The notes under the pieces are model-generated. The model did no database searches, was not told the DNA's origin, and saw only the letters and a list, made by a program, of their open reading frames with translations. A stretch of DNA of 63,568 bases, the filler included, from Olpidium bornovanus S191 (taxonomy: Eukaryota; Fungi; Olpidiomycota): the NCBI GenBank assembly GCA_017911155.1. It is 31 parts of 31 records of this genome, joined end to end, with 100 filler letters (N's around TTAATTAATTAA, not from the genome) between each part and the next. Parts side by side here need not be neighbours in the genome. Positions count along the whole stretch, not along the records: positions 1 to 2,185 come from JAEFCI010006595.1; positions 2,286 to 4,256 come from JAEFCI010007976.1; positions 4,357 to 6,309 come from JAEFCI010010508.1; positions 6,410 to 9,729 come from JAEFCI010011509.1; positions 9,830 to 10,879 come from JAEFCI010010173.1; 26 more parts are not named here. One strand, 5' to 3'. Below are positions 1 to 10,979 of the stretch, one piece after another (position 1 is the stretch's first letter; every line of letters begins with the position of its first letter). Both the position numbers and the translations under genes were made by a program.

Positions 1-1
1 C

Positions 2-120
2 CGCGAAAGCCGCATGGAGCGCGAGGCCGACTTCCTCCGCTCGGTCCACGAGTGCGTCAAGGGCGGCGGGAGGGTGCTCATACCCTGCTTCGCCCTCGGC
101 CGCGCCCAGGAGCTGTGCAT
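2..120 (+). CDS. INTS11: Fragment of a beta-CASP metallo-beta-lactamase nuclease, most like Integrator subunit 11 (CPSF73-like family)
   Basis: The frame from nt 2 reads [39 protein letters not shown]. This matches INTS11 [30 protein letters not shown] better than CPSF73/Ysh1 (..RAQELLLIL). Homology stops abruptly at CATG 118-121. Confidence 0.7.
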
Positions 121-335
121 GACCCATCCGAACCGCCAAAAAAAAGGAAAAAAAAACAAGGAAAAAAACAAAGAAGAATAAAGAAAAAGTCCGCCGCCCA
201 ACAACCCCCAAACACCGGGTCACCGCGCCGCACCGCACCGCAACCGCCCTCCTTCACAGCGTCCCTTCACAGCCCCCCCCCCCCGCGCGCCACGCGGCCT
301 AAAAACAACACGACCAGAACTCCCCGAGACTCGAC

Positions 336-2185
336 ATGTCGGACCCGGACGCGGTCGTGAGCGCGCTGCGCCGCTGCGACTTCTTCAAGGACTTCGACGA
401 CCAGGTCCTCGATGCCATCATCAGCATCGGCGCGCCGTCCCACTTCAAAAACGGTCAGGTCGTCCTGAGGGAAGGCGAGCTCGACAAGAACTGCTGTATC
501 GTGGTCAAGGGCGAGGTGCAGGTCTCGAAAAGGGGTCACGACGGCGCGGACGTCCCGCTCGTCCGGCTGCGTCAGGGCGACTTCGTCGGGCTGGGCGCGC
601 TGGTAAGGGAGAGGGGGGCCGGGGCGCGCGCGCGCGGGAAGCAGGGGGGGAGGAGGGGGGGGGGCAAGAAGGAGCGAGGAGGATTGAGAACGGGCGTGCT
701 CACCCCATCAGGGCAAAAAATCATGCCCCATCACATCTCGCGCCTTCCGCGTTTTTTCTTTCTTCGCTTTTGTTCCGCGTCGCGCTAACGCTCCCGACAC
801 CCCGCCCGCTGGCCTTACCGGTTGTCTTTCGCAAACACTTCCCCGCTCTCCCTCTCCCCCACATTACCGAAATCAACTCCCCCCTTTAGCTCTCGGACAA
901 ACCCCACAACGCCACTGTCTCGGCCGCAGGGGACGACACGGTCCTCTTGCAGCTTTCCTCCGACGGCCTGCTTGAGTTCGTCAGCCAAAATCCCCTCGTC
1001 GCCAAGGCCCTCCTCCGATATTTCGCCGAGGAGCTGCGCCTGTTTCGGTCCAAACTTGTCGATGTCGTGGGCAATGTGCCCGACGAAGAGGAAAACACGA
1101 TCGTGTTCTTCGACGCCAAGCAGTACGAAAAGGACGTGTTCGACCGTCACCTTCAAGATGCAAAGGAGGCGCTAGTTCATTTTAAGTACGTAGACGCGAA
1201 GCTCAACAAAAATTCGGTTGCGCTGGCGGCCGGTGCGAAGGTAAGGCTGATCCGCGGGCGTGGTTTCCTCTTCGTAGTTGTGTTCCTCGCACGTCTCGTT
1301 AGAAACGGAGCAGATGTTTACGACGTCATGTCGCTGCAGGCCGTTTGTATTTTTGTCAACGACGTGTGCGATGCGGACGTCCTCGTCGAGCTTAGCGGGC
1401 TCGGGGTGGAAATGGTGCTGCTCCGCTGTGCCGGGTGAGACAGGAATTGCGATGTCGAACAGCTGCCGCTTCCTCTTTCGCCTTCGCCGGCAGAGAGCTT
1501 ACAATTTTCCGTTTGTTGCCAATGACGCGCGTGCAGGTTCAACAACGTCGACCTGAGCGCGGCCGGCGCCCTCGGTATCACGGTCGCCACGGTGCCACGG
1601 TACAGCCCGTACGCTGTTGCGGAGCACGCGGTCGCGCTCTTGTTGTCGGTGCGTCTGCGTTTCAAAACTCCCCGCGGGCGAACGAAGAGCTCTTGCAATT
1701 TCGGTTCGAACGTCTCTCACGATTCGCACGCCCTCTATTCTTTTTCCAGATGAACCGCCGGATACCGCGGGCATGCAACCGCGTGATGACGGGAAATTTT
1801 ACTCTCGACGGGCTTGTCGGCTTTGACCTCCATGGGAAAACCGTCGGCGTCATCGGCACCGGTAAGGTATGTGCTCTAATTAGCTTTAGGATTCCCTCTG
1901 GCGCCCTGCCTGTCAGTAATGGGCCAGTCTTGTCCGCAAATATCTTCTTTCCATTCCAGATCGGCCAGTGCTTCATCAATATTGTGGTCGGCTTTGGCTG
2001 CAAGGTGCTGTGCCACGATCCGTACCCCGTCAAGGATCTGGAGAAGCTTCCCGGTGTGAAATACGCAGATCTCGACACGGTGCTTCGCAGCTGCGACGTG
2101 TTTTCACTGCACGCGCCACTAACCCCGGAGACGAAGCACATAATAAACAATGAAACGATTGCGAAGATGCCCAAGGGCGCCATGA
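336..2185 (+). CDS. Fusion protein: N-terminal cyclic-nucleotide-binding (CRP-like) domain + LdhA-type D-lactate/2-hydroxyacid dehydrogenase; 3' end truncated
   Basis: Exons 336-602, 890-1240, 1340-1434, 1537-1648, 1750-1866, 1960->2185, all GT..AG and phase-compatible. CNB part: FFKDFDD..FKNGQVVLREGE..CIVVKGEVQV..GDFVGLGAL|LSDKPHNATV. LdhA part: AKQYEK, AVCIFVND, LRCAGFNNVDL, AVAEHAV, GKTVGVIGTGKIG, SLHAPLTPET. Confidence 0.92.
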
Positions 2186-2402
2186 NNNNNNNNNNNNNNN
2201 NNNNNNNNNNNNNNNNNNNNNNNNNNNNNTTAATTAATTAANNNNNNNNNNNNNNNNNNNNNNNNNNNNNNNNNNNNNNNNNNNNAGAGGAAAAGGGGGA
2301 GTTGAGGAAAACTCGCGCGCGCGTGGCCAAATCTTCCCCACCGAGGCTTTGTGCATCCCGGGACTTTGCCTGCTCGCGGGGGAAGCCGCGCGTGCATCGG
2401 CG

Positions 2403-3202
2403 ATGAAGGAGAAAGACCCTTTCCGGTGGAGAGGGACGTTAAAGAAGGACCGTAGGTTTTGCTCCGAACCCGCGCCCGAGACTGCTTCGCCGCCACGGCC
2501 TCGCGGGCGTGTGTGAAAAAAAAAAAAAAAAAAACCGGGCGCGCAGCCCCTGCGCGGACCGCGGCTTTTCTTCCCCCCAGGCGAAACCCGCCCGCGAGAG
2601 AGAAAGCCCGGCTGCGGGAAATGAACAAAAAAAAAGGAATGCTTACGTGCAACGCCGCGCGCGACAACTCTTTCCCTTTCTCCCCCTTCCCCCCTGAACT
2701 CCGAGCCCAGTGGTGGAAATGATGTACGGTTTCGGCGATGTGAAGCACCCGGCTAGCGACACGCTGGACCTCGTGGAGGAACTAGCCGTTGACTACATTC
2801 AAAACCTGGTACAGAGCGCTTTGCAAGACGAACTCCCACTCTTCTACGCTGTATAAATCGTCTTTCTGGCGACGTGTTCTGCTTGCAGGGCACCGCGGAG
2901 GGGAAATGGGTTGGGATCGGTCGGTCAAGTCAGTTTTGCAAAAGCCTGACTCCTCGGCGGTTTATGTTCTCTACGGCTCCGGACCGCAGTGCCTCGAGGC
3001 CTCAAAGCTCGCCGAGCGTCGAAAGAACGTTACCGTGAACGCCAACGATTTTCGGCACGTTCTCCGGCGCGACCCGAAGAAGCTCGGCCGAGCAGAGTAC
3101 CTGCTGCAGATGCAAGCCCGGCTCGATCACTTGAAGGACGGCTCTTCGGCAGCGTTGGAGAACATCGGGGAAGCGCGCAGCAAGGGAAGGCTCGATCATT
3201 AA
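2403..3202 (+). CDS. TAF13: TFIID subunit 13 (histone-fold TAF), complete 3-exon gene
   Basis: Exons 2403-2451, 2711-2808, 2990-3202 give MKEKDPFRWRGTLKKDLVEMMYGFGDVKHPASDTLDLVEELAVDYIQNL|CLEASKLA..DFRHVLRRDPKKLGRAEYLL, with the TAF13 MMYGFGD and RKDPRK motifs. Confidence 0.88.
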
Positions 3203-3496
3203 ACGAGCGGCCTGGAAGTTGGGTAATAAAAAAAAAAGCCGCGCTGGAGGGAACGTCCTTGGCCAATAGGAAAGATGTCCCGGCCAAAAAAAAAAACAAG
3301 ATACGCGCCCCGCGTTGTTTTGTGTTGCGTCTGTTGCAGCTTCGCCGCAGAAACGGAAGCGCGAGCCCACATTCGACTGATTATGCCAATAAAACTGAAG
3401 AAGGCGCGTGAAGCCATCAAACGGGCAGCCCAAGCCGAAGTGAATGGTGAAGACTTTTCACTTCAAACTGCCCAAAACAAAATTGATCTCAGAATG

Positions 3497-4256
3497 CTAA
3501 GTTACGAAGGGCATCCCCTTTATTTTCTTCGCCATTCTGACAGCCCCAAACTTTTCCTGGCATCTCTTGGTCAAGTGGTTAAACAGCGACTCCCACACGT
3601 CCCTGTCGCTACCCCGTGTCAGCAGCATCTCCAACTCCGCTTCTTTTTCACTCCGGTCCTCTTCGACCCCGGTGGCCTCCCTGAGCACGACCGCGAATTC
3701 GAACAGCGGCTTCCCCGCCAATGACGGCACCGCGCTTTTCTCCCACGCAGCCGCGACGCGGTCATGTTGCGCGTCCTCATCGCGTTTTTGCTTTCGTCGG
3801 TCCCGGCGAGTCCAGGTCTTCTGGTGTGCCGTGCCCCTGAAAACCACCGCGGTTGGGGTATTGGACACGTCGTCAAACACACGCAGCTCTTTGAGCACCG
3901 ACGTGATGAAATTCTCCAGCTGGTCCAGAGTGGTCGGATACTTCTTGCCAAGTGCAATGCGCGGCGGCAGAAGCTTTTGCATGCGAGACCCCAACCGGTT
4001 CCGATCCTTTGAAAAAGCCCAAAGTGAGAAAGACGAATTTGCCATATGCAATTTCAGTAACATTTTGGGCGACTGGAATGACCCTTCGCTAGCGAACGCC
4101 GCACTTCAGACGGTGACTGCTTGCAGTCGTCTTGTCATGACGCCGTAGTCACCACAGACCGGCCACAGACCGGCCTTCAACTCACCGCGAACGCCCTCTC
4201 GTCTCCAAAACTCCAAGCAACTCCCCATCGTTTGGTGCGGCCGCCTGCCTGGAACT
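3497..4256 (-). CDS. METTL16: U6 snRNA m6A methyltransferase METTL16/RlmF family, 3' part
   Basis: Exon 4256-4186 reads FQAGGRTKRWGVAWSF (METTL16 FCQGRTMRWALAWSF). Exon 4006-3497 ends ELEMLLTRGSDRDVWESLFNHL, resembling the KA1/VCR C-terminus. Confidence 0.8.
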
Positions 4257-4674
4257 NNNNNNNNNNNNNNNNNNNNNNNNNNNNNNNNNNNNNNNNNNNN
4301 TTAATTAATTAANNNNNNNNNNNNNNNNNNNNNNNNNNNNNNNNNNNNNNNNNNNNCATGCTCTCATCCGTCGTGCCAGGCTTGTTCTCTCCGAGGCAGA
4401 CGAGGCAGACGAGGGATTTCCCACAGGGTTTCCTCCACCGGCCTCGGGCGGGTCCTTCTCTCCAGTCTCAATTGTCGTCCTGCACGACCCTCTTCCTGCG
4501 CCAGGGGCGCACAGCTTGGGGTATTGGTGAGCCAGATGCGTCAACCTAAGGACCATTCCAGGAGAAAACAACCCCCTTGGTACACCACCTCCGCCCCTCT
4601 TGGTTCACAGCGGGACTGGCTGCGGCGACAGTGCGAGAGGGAACAACCGCGGAACGACAATCCGACGGGTTAGC

Positions 4675-5968
4675 ATGAGCTACTCGGCGGCCGAGGAAAG
4701 TCGACCACGAGCGCCACCGCCGCAGAGTAACAGTCTCGGAGATTGCCGTGATCCCTCGGCGTCCACCACTGTCGTTACGCGCCGCGCTTTTAACGTCGGG
4801 ACATGGGAACCGTTACCCGAGGTTTCCCGAGACCCCGCTGTTCGCTTTCCGGAGTGACCTCAACTGCTGCCTCACACCTTTGTCCTCCACAGGTTTTTGA
4901 AAGGCTCTTGAACTATCTCCAGCCGGAGGAGCGTGCACGGATCAGCAGATTCCGCCGCCAGCGCGACGCGCTTCTCGCAATGGCGGGACGGTTAATGATA
5001 AGGTCATATCTCGTTGAGAAACTCAAGGTGCCGTGGGACAATGTCCGTCTAGGAAGGACACCTGAGAACAAGCCGTTCTTGGTGGGTATCCCCGACAATG
5101 ACAGAATCCCCAGAATGACATGCAGTTAGCGTGACCCTCTGTTGACCGAGTAAACTGCCGGCAAGAATTCCCAACGCAGATCACCCCCTCGGCAGGCAAC
5201 GGCATCCACATCGCATTTAACGTCTCCCACCACGGCGACTGGACTGTCCTTGCCGCCGTGGAGGCACCATGTTCACGCTCTATCGGCGTTGACGTGATGC
5301 GTATTGAGCTGTCTATGATCCCGGGGGAAAGCACAGACGTTTTCCTCGATTGTTTCAGATCTCAGGTCTGGACCGCCCGGAGTGGACGCCTTTTCGGACA
5401 GGCACTTCCAATTGATGGCTGCTGAAGGATGTCTATTTTTCCTTGTTGAAAAATAGCTGACGCCTCGCGAATGGTCGTACGTCAGGGCTGCCACGGTCGA
5501 CCGCGGACGATTAGAACGTTTTTACAGGCTCTGGTGCCTGAAGGAGAGCTACGTCAAGGCAGTAGGACAGGGGCTGGGGATCGATTTACGCACGCTGGAA
5601 TTCGTCATTCAAGAACCGCTGGATGCTCAGGTGCGAAGGCGATACCGTTGCTGTCTGCTCGTCGGAGGACGGCGTGTACTGAAGGACACACGCCTGCCGT
5701 GCGGTAATAGCGGCCGGGCCAGGCCGTGACTTCTCCCCTGCTTTTCATCCCGCCACTGGAAAAAGATTATCCGACTGATGACATAGGCTTTCGTGTGCCG
5801 GAGAGCTACATTTTTGAGGAGTACTTTCTCGACCAAAACCACTGCGCAGCCGTTTGCCTTGCTTGCGACGCCGCAAGGGGACAGCTGCCGCCGGCGCCGC
5901 CAACACCCGCCCGCTTTGAGAGAATTGAAACCGTGAACCACCTGTTGCGCCAAGCACAATCGCTGTGA
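4675..5968 (+). CDS. LYS5: Sfp-type 4'-phosphopantetheinyl transferase (LYS5/AASDHPPT), probably complete, about 5 exons
   Basis: RRAFNVGTW, LQPEERARISRF..DALLAMAGRLM, LGRTPENKPFL, FNVSHHGDW, IGVDVM, FYRLWCLKESYVKAVGQGL; GT-AG introns at 4822-4892 and from 5082. Confidence 0.92.
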
Positions 5969-6410
5969 CGATATGCCCGCCAAGGTACCTTTTCGAGTCG
6001 CATTCGTCTCGCGGCCAATTGAGGATTGTGGAGCAAGCTAGAAAGAACTGGCCCGAAGGTGAATCTCCACCGCTGCGGCAAAAGAGCCTCGTCCGCTACG
6101 CCCGTGATTTTCAGCGACCAAAGCGCCTAAAGCCACCAATGGTTTATAAGCGTTTCTCGTAGCTGTTTCGACCTCGTCTAAACTTATCTTTTCCGTGAGA
6201 GTCGCTGGGCCAATCCTCCGGAACGATGCCGAGCACAATTAGGCGCCCTATACCTGGATCCTGGAAAGGCCAACTACGTCTCCAATAACCACTGCGGGAT
6301 GGCGCCATGNNNNNNNNNNNNNNNNNNNNNNNNNNNNNNNNNNNNNNNNNNNNTTAATTAATTAANNNNNNNNNNNNNNNNNNNNNNNNNNNNNNNNNNN
6401 NNNNNNNNNC

Positions 6411-8631
6411 ATGGTGCTGGGGGGCCCGCGGACGAACCTGTTTGTGCTCTCTTTCGTGGTCGTCCTGGCCATAACGTCGCTGCTGCTGTACGCGAACACC
6501 GCAGGAGTCTCCTGGACGGCTTCCCAGCCCCCACCTTCGCCGGAAGGGCCGGGCGCGGAACCGCTGGAGTTCCTGGTCGACGATGCGCAGGCGTTTCCGG
6601 AGTCTTCGGAGAGCGAATCCTGGTTGGCCAGCTGGTTGGCTTCGTCGCGAGCAAAGGAAGCGGCGCAGCCGGTTCCGCCGCTGGTTCCCTCGGCTCCTCG
6701 GCCGGCGGGCCCGCAACAGCACTGGCACCCGGTGCCGATCGTCACGGTGGGCGACGAAGCACGCTTTCAGCAGCTGCGTGAGCTCGTCGGAGTGAGTACC
6801 TACCTAACCGTGCAATGTTGCCGCCGGTCCGCTGCGGACGGGTTTGCCCCGTCTGGAAGTCGCGAGAGCGACTAACGCCGAAACGGCCAATCCGCAAAAA
6901 ATTCTGCTGCAGTCAGTCCACTACTTCCGGTCAGACAACCTTGACGTTCCGCTCGTGACCGTCTACGGGTTCAACCTGTCCGAGAAGCGGAAGCGGGAGA
7001 TCCGGATGTGGAGAAACGTCGAGCTGGAGGACATCTCAGAGACCGTGTTTCTGGGCCCGCGGGGCGTGCCGCCGGACGCGCCGGAGATCCGGACGGGCGC
7101 CGCGGAAGGGAACGCGCCCGCGGCGGCGCCGCAGCTGGACTCGCTGGCCGTCGTGGCGTCGACGGTGAGCCTGGCGCTGCGGAAGTACAGTTCGGCGTTG
7201 TACGTCGACGCGTCCCTGCGGTTCGTGAGCGGAGGTCCCGGGGGCGGCGCGGGGAACCAGATGTTCGCGGATCTGGAAAAACTGGTCGTCGACGGGCCCG
7301 AGGGCGCGGTCGTGCTTGACGTCGAGAAATCCGCGGCGCAGAGCGTGGGACAAGGCGGCGGCGGCAGCGACAGCGCACAGCAGCAGCAGCAGCAGCAGCA
7401 CGACGGCGGCGGCGACGACGACGACGGCTCCGCGCCCAGGGCCTTCGCTCTGCGCGCCGGGTCAGAGTTCGCTAATTATTTTGTCGACTACGAGCTCCAG
7501 TGCGTCCGAAACTATCAGTGCTCGCCCTCGGTCCGCCGGGCCCTCCGCCGCAGGCAGCGCGCGCTCCTCGCGCAGCTCTCCCGGCCTGCGCTGACTTTCG
7601 GCCTCGACGCGCAGCTCCCCGAGACCGACAGCACGTTCTGCTACACTCTCCTGCGGGACGACATCCTCTACTCGGAGGTTATGGTCGAGCACTATTTGCC
7701 GAATGCCCAGCCGGCGGCCGCCTTCGAGCCGAACGCGCTGCCGCCCGTGTCCTCCGTGGACGGGGTGCCCCGGAAGCGGATGGCCTTCCTCATCGCCACC
7801 TTAACGACCCCAGACGTGCCGAGCGCGGCCGAGGTTTCGGTGTTGCGGCGGCTGCTGCCGTCCGTCCTTACCACGCTCTCTGAAGAGGAGATGCGGCGGT
7901 TCGAAATCGTCGTTTACATCGGTTTCGACGAGGGCGACCGGTACTGGGACGACCCGTCGACGCGGCGGGAGCTCGACGGCATGATGAAATCGCTCATGTT
8001 CAAGTCGGGCGCGCCGGAGCGGCAGGCGGCACCGCTGCCGGCGGAAAAAGCGGTCGTGCACTTCCGCTACGTGCGCCTCCCCTTTTCCAAGGGCTGGGTC
8101 ACCTACGTGTGGAACGGCCTGTTTGTCAAGGCCTACCACGACGGCTGCGACTTCTTCTTCCAGATCAACGACGACTGCACTTTCGAAACCGCCGGCTGGC
8201 TGACCGCCCTGACAGCCCCGCTGTCGGCTCCGCCGGCCGACGACCCGTCCGCCTACCCGGCGGGCTTCGGCGTGGCGGGTCCCCCGGACCTCGGCCACGC
8301 CGCCCGCATATTCACCCAGGCCGTCGTGTCGCGCACCCACTACGAGATCTTCGGCCGCCTATACCCCATCGACATCAAGGACTGGTACTCGGACGACTGG
8401 ATAACCCAGGTGTACGGCGACCTCGGGCGGCACCGTGCGGAAGGCACGGTGGTCAAGAACTGGAACGACAAGGGGACCCGGTACAACGTCTGTTCCAAAC
8501 CGCGGTACGAGGAGGTCCTGAGCAGGAGCAAGCAGGTCGTCCAGAAGTGGCTCGAGCGCTGGAGGGCCACCCGCGACGGGACCGTCGCGGAGGATAACGC
8601 GATGTTCGGAGTGGAGATCCTCGTGCAATGA
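6411..8631 (+). CDS. Type II membrane protein with two glycosyltransferase-like (GT-A) regions
   Basis: N-terminal signal anchor LFVLSFVVVLAITSLLLYA; intron ~6792-6900. Region 1: SVHYF..LVTVYGFNLSE..YSSALYVDASLRF. Region 2: YIGFDEGD, FFQINDD (DxD-like), GVAGP, TQAVVSRTHYEIFG, DWYSDDWITQVY. Confidence 0.7.
7378..7398 (+). repeat. (CAG)7 coding microsatellite (poly-Gln)
   Basis: cagcagcagcagcagcagcag within the 6844-8631 ORF. Confidence 0.9.
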
Positions 8632-9883
8632 AGAACGACCTCCCTTCCCTCTCTCTCCCCTCCTCTCCCTCCGGCCCCCACCCCCCACCGAACGCGACTC
8701 TTGCGTCGCCTCGCGACGCGATTTGTGCCACCCGCCCAATCTCTCCCCACCTGTACATTTTGAGTTTGCCTTTGCTTCGCGGAGTTCGCTTTCCCGTGCG
8801 CTTTGGTTTTCCTGCGGGCGCTGGCTCCCGTCCCTTCCCCTCCCCACCACCCCTCCCCCCTTTGCCCCCGCCTTTATGTATTTATTGCAGAAACCCGGAG
8901 CAGGAAAAAGAAATAAAATAAAAATAAAAAAAGAAAAGAAAAGAAATGAGTTTTTTTGCACAATATCAGTTTCGGAAAACGCGACGGACGACGCCTGCGG
9001 AGCGAAGAGACGATGCAAAAACGTAAAATCCGATTGCTGCACAGCACCCCCCCTCCGCCCAGCCCCGTTTCCTTTCCAACCCATTCCCGCCTTCGCCCTC
9101 CCGCCTGCGCGCCCGAAGCTGTGCGCAATCTGACGATTTTACGTACGTACATATACATGTTCGGGTGCGTTTCGATTCTTCCTTCTTGACTTAACCCCCC
9201 TCCCCCTACTTCCCCCCTTTCCGGACTCCTATGGTCCGACCGGCAAAAACTCTGATAGAAAAAAAAAGAAAAAGGATAGGGTCCGGCGAAGGGATTACCC
9301 CGGAGGCGGAGGAAGACCGCGTGGTAACCCCGTTATATACATATGTGTATTTTTTTTGTTTTAATCTTCGGGCGCCGAAAGCCGCGGCCGGAGCGGGTGC
9401 CGGAAAAGGGGGGAAAGGTGGGTGGGGGTGTGTCAACGGATCCTGTTGTGTGACACGAATGGGGGTGAAATACAAAATAAAAAAAAAATCACAAAATATA
9501 AACAGGAGACGGCGGGGAAATTTCTGTTGTGCGGGGGAAAGAGGGGAGGGAGCATAGGGGGGATGGGGGAGGGTGGGCGGGGCGGGGGGGGCGCCAAACG
9601 CACGAAGGAGAAGGGGAGGGGGCGGGCGGGCAAACGGATGGCGCCGTATATGGAAAGTCTATGAGTAATGGAAAAAAAAAGAAAAGATGAAAGAACAGGT
9701 ACAGGGACAGCTGGACTCCCCCCCCCCCCNNNNNNNNNNNNNNNNNNNNNNNNNNNNNNNNNNNNNNNNNNNNTTAATTAATTAANNNNNNNNNNNNNNN
9801 NNNNNNNNNNNNNNNNNNNNNNNNNNNNNAAAAAAAAAAAAAAAAAAAAAACCGCCGAACGCCAACCGGGGAGCCGCGCCCGC

Positions 9884-10783
9884 ATGTCCTTGCCGGAAGT
9901 TGACGTGAACGGGGTGGGACCCATGGACACGGGAGAGATAGAACCGCGCGAACAAAAGGCGGAAATCGTCACGGACGGAGGAGGCGCCGCCGCCGCCGCT
10001 GCCGCTGCCGACCCGCCCGCGCGGATCGCCGTCGAGGGGACAACTCCCACAATCATGAAGGAGGACGACTGGGTGCTCATTGAAATGCCGTCTGAGAATG
10101 TAAAGCTTGTGAAGCTGACCAAGGGCAGGTACAATTCTTGCACGTGCCGCTTGTCACGCGGGCCAATCGCCGCGCGGGAAGCGGTGCTGCAGCGATGCCC
10201 GCTGCTCGCGAAACAACCGTTACAAACTCCTCCCGCTGCGCACCCGTTGTGCGCGGGCGTCCCTGGCTTAGTATGGTCCAAATGGGCAAGTTCGGGTCGT
10301 TCCCGGTAAACGACATTGTCGGGCTGCCGTACGGACATCCCTATGAGGTGGTTGGCAAGACGATAGAGCCCTTTGAGCGGGCGGAGCTGGAGGAAGTTGG
10401 TGCGCGCGAACGAATACCGTCCGGCGTGGTTTTGAAGCGGCGTGCATCCGCTGACCGTCAGAAGTTGGTCATTCGTAGACGAGACGGAGGCGAACAATCG
10501 AACAATCACGAACGACGGCTTTGCGCAAAAGCTCGCGTCTGACGAGATCGAGAGACTGAAACTGGAGGGCCTGAAGGGCGAGGGCACCAGCGACGTGAGC
10601 GACGGCAGCGGCCGACCAGCAGGAAGTTCATCCCCAGCGAACTGCAGGTAGCGCACTCCTCTTGACATTTCATTTGTCCTAAATTGCGAAGGATATCATA
10701 CAAAAGATTGTGCAGCATCACGCGGAATTCGACAAGAAGACGGAGTACTCCAAGGCCAAATACATCAAGAAGAAAAAGCAGAA
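9884..10783 (+). CDS. TRM6: tRNA m1A58 methyltransferase non-catalytic subunit, 5' part
   Basis: Spliced segments: DWVLIEMPSENVKLVKL|MGKFGSFPVNDIVGLPYGHPYEV|NNRTITNDGFAQKLASDEIERLK|IIQKIVQHHAEFDKKTEYSKAKYIKKKKQK (Gcd10/Trm6 hallmark). Confidence 0.92.
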
Positions 10784-10979
10784 GTGGGATCACTTGTTCC
10801 CGTCGCAGGGAATAGGCAGGTTGTTTTCATTATTTCCGCGTTTGCGGGTGAATTCACTCTCGACGCGCCCCGACATGCANNNNNNNNNNNNNNNNNNNNN
10901 NNNNNNNNNNNNNNNNNNNNNNNTTAATTAATTAANNNNNNNNNNNNNNNNNNNNNNNNNNNNNNNNNNNNNNNNNNNN

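Noticed and set aside
335-725. CATG sites at 335 and 722 as chimera points that could fake the CNB-LDH fusion
   Set aside because: 335 is the start codon. 722 lies in an intron whose flanking exons join into one continuous CNB fold. The CNB-LDH junction itself has no CATG.
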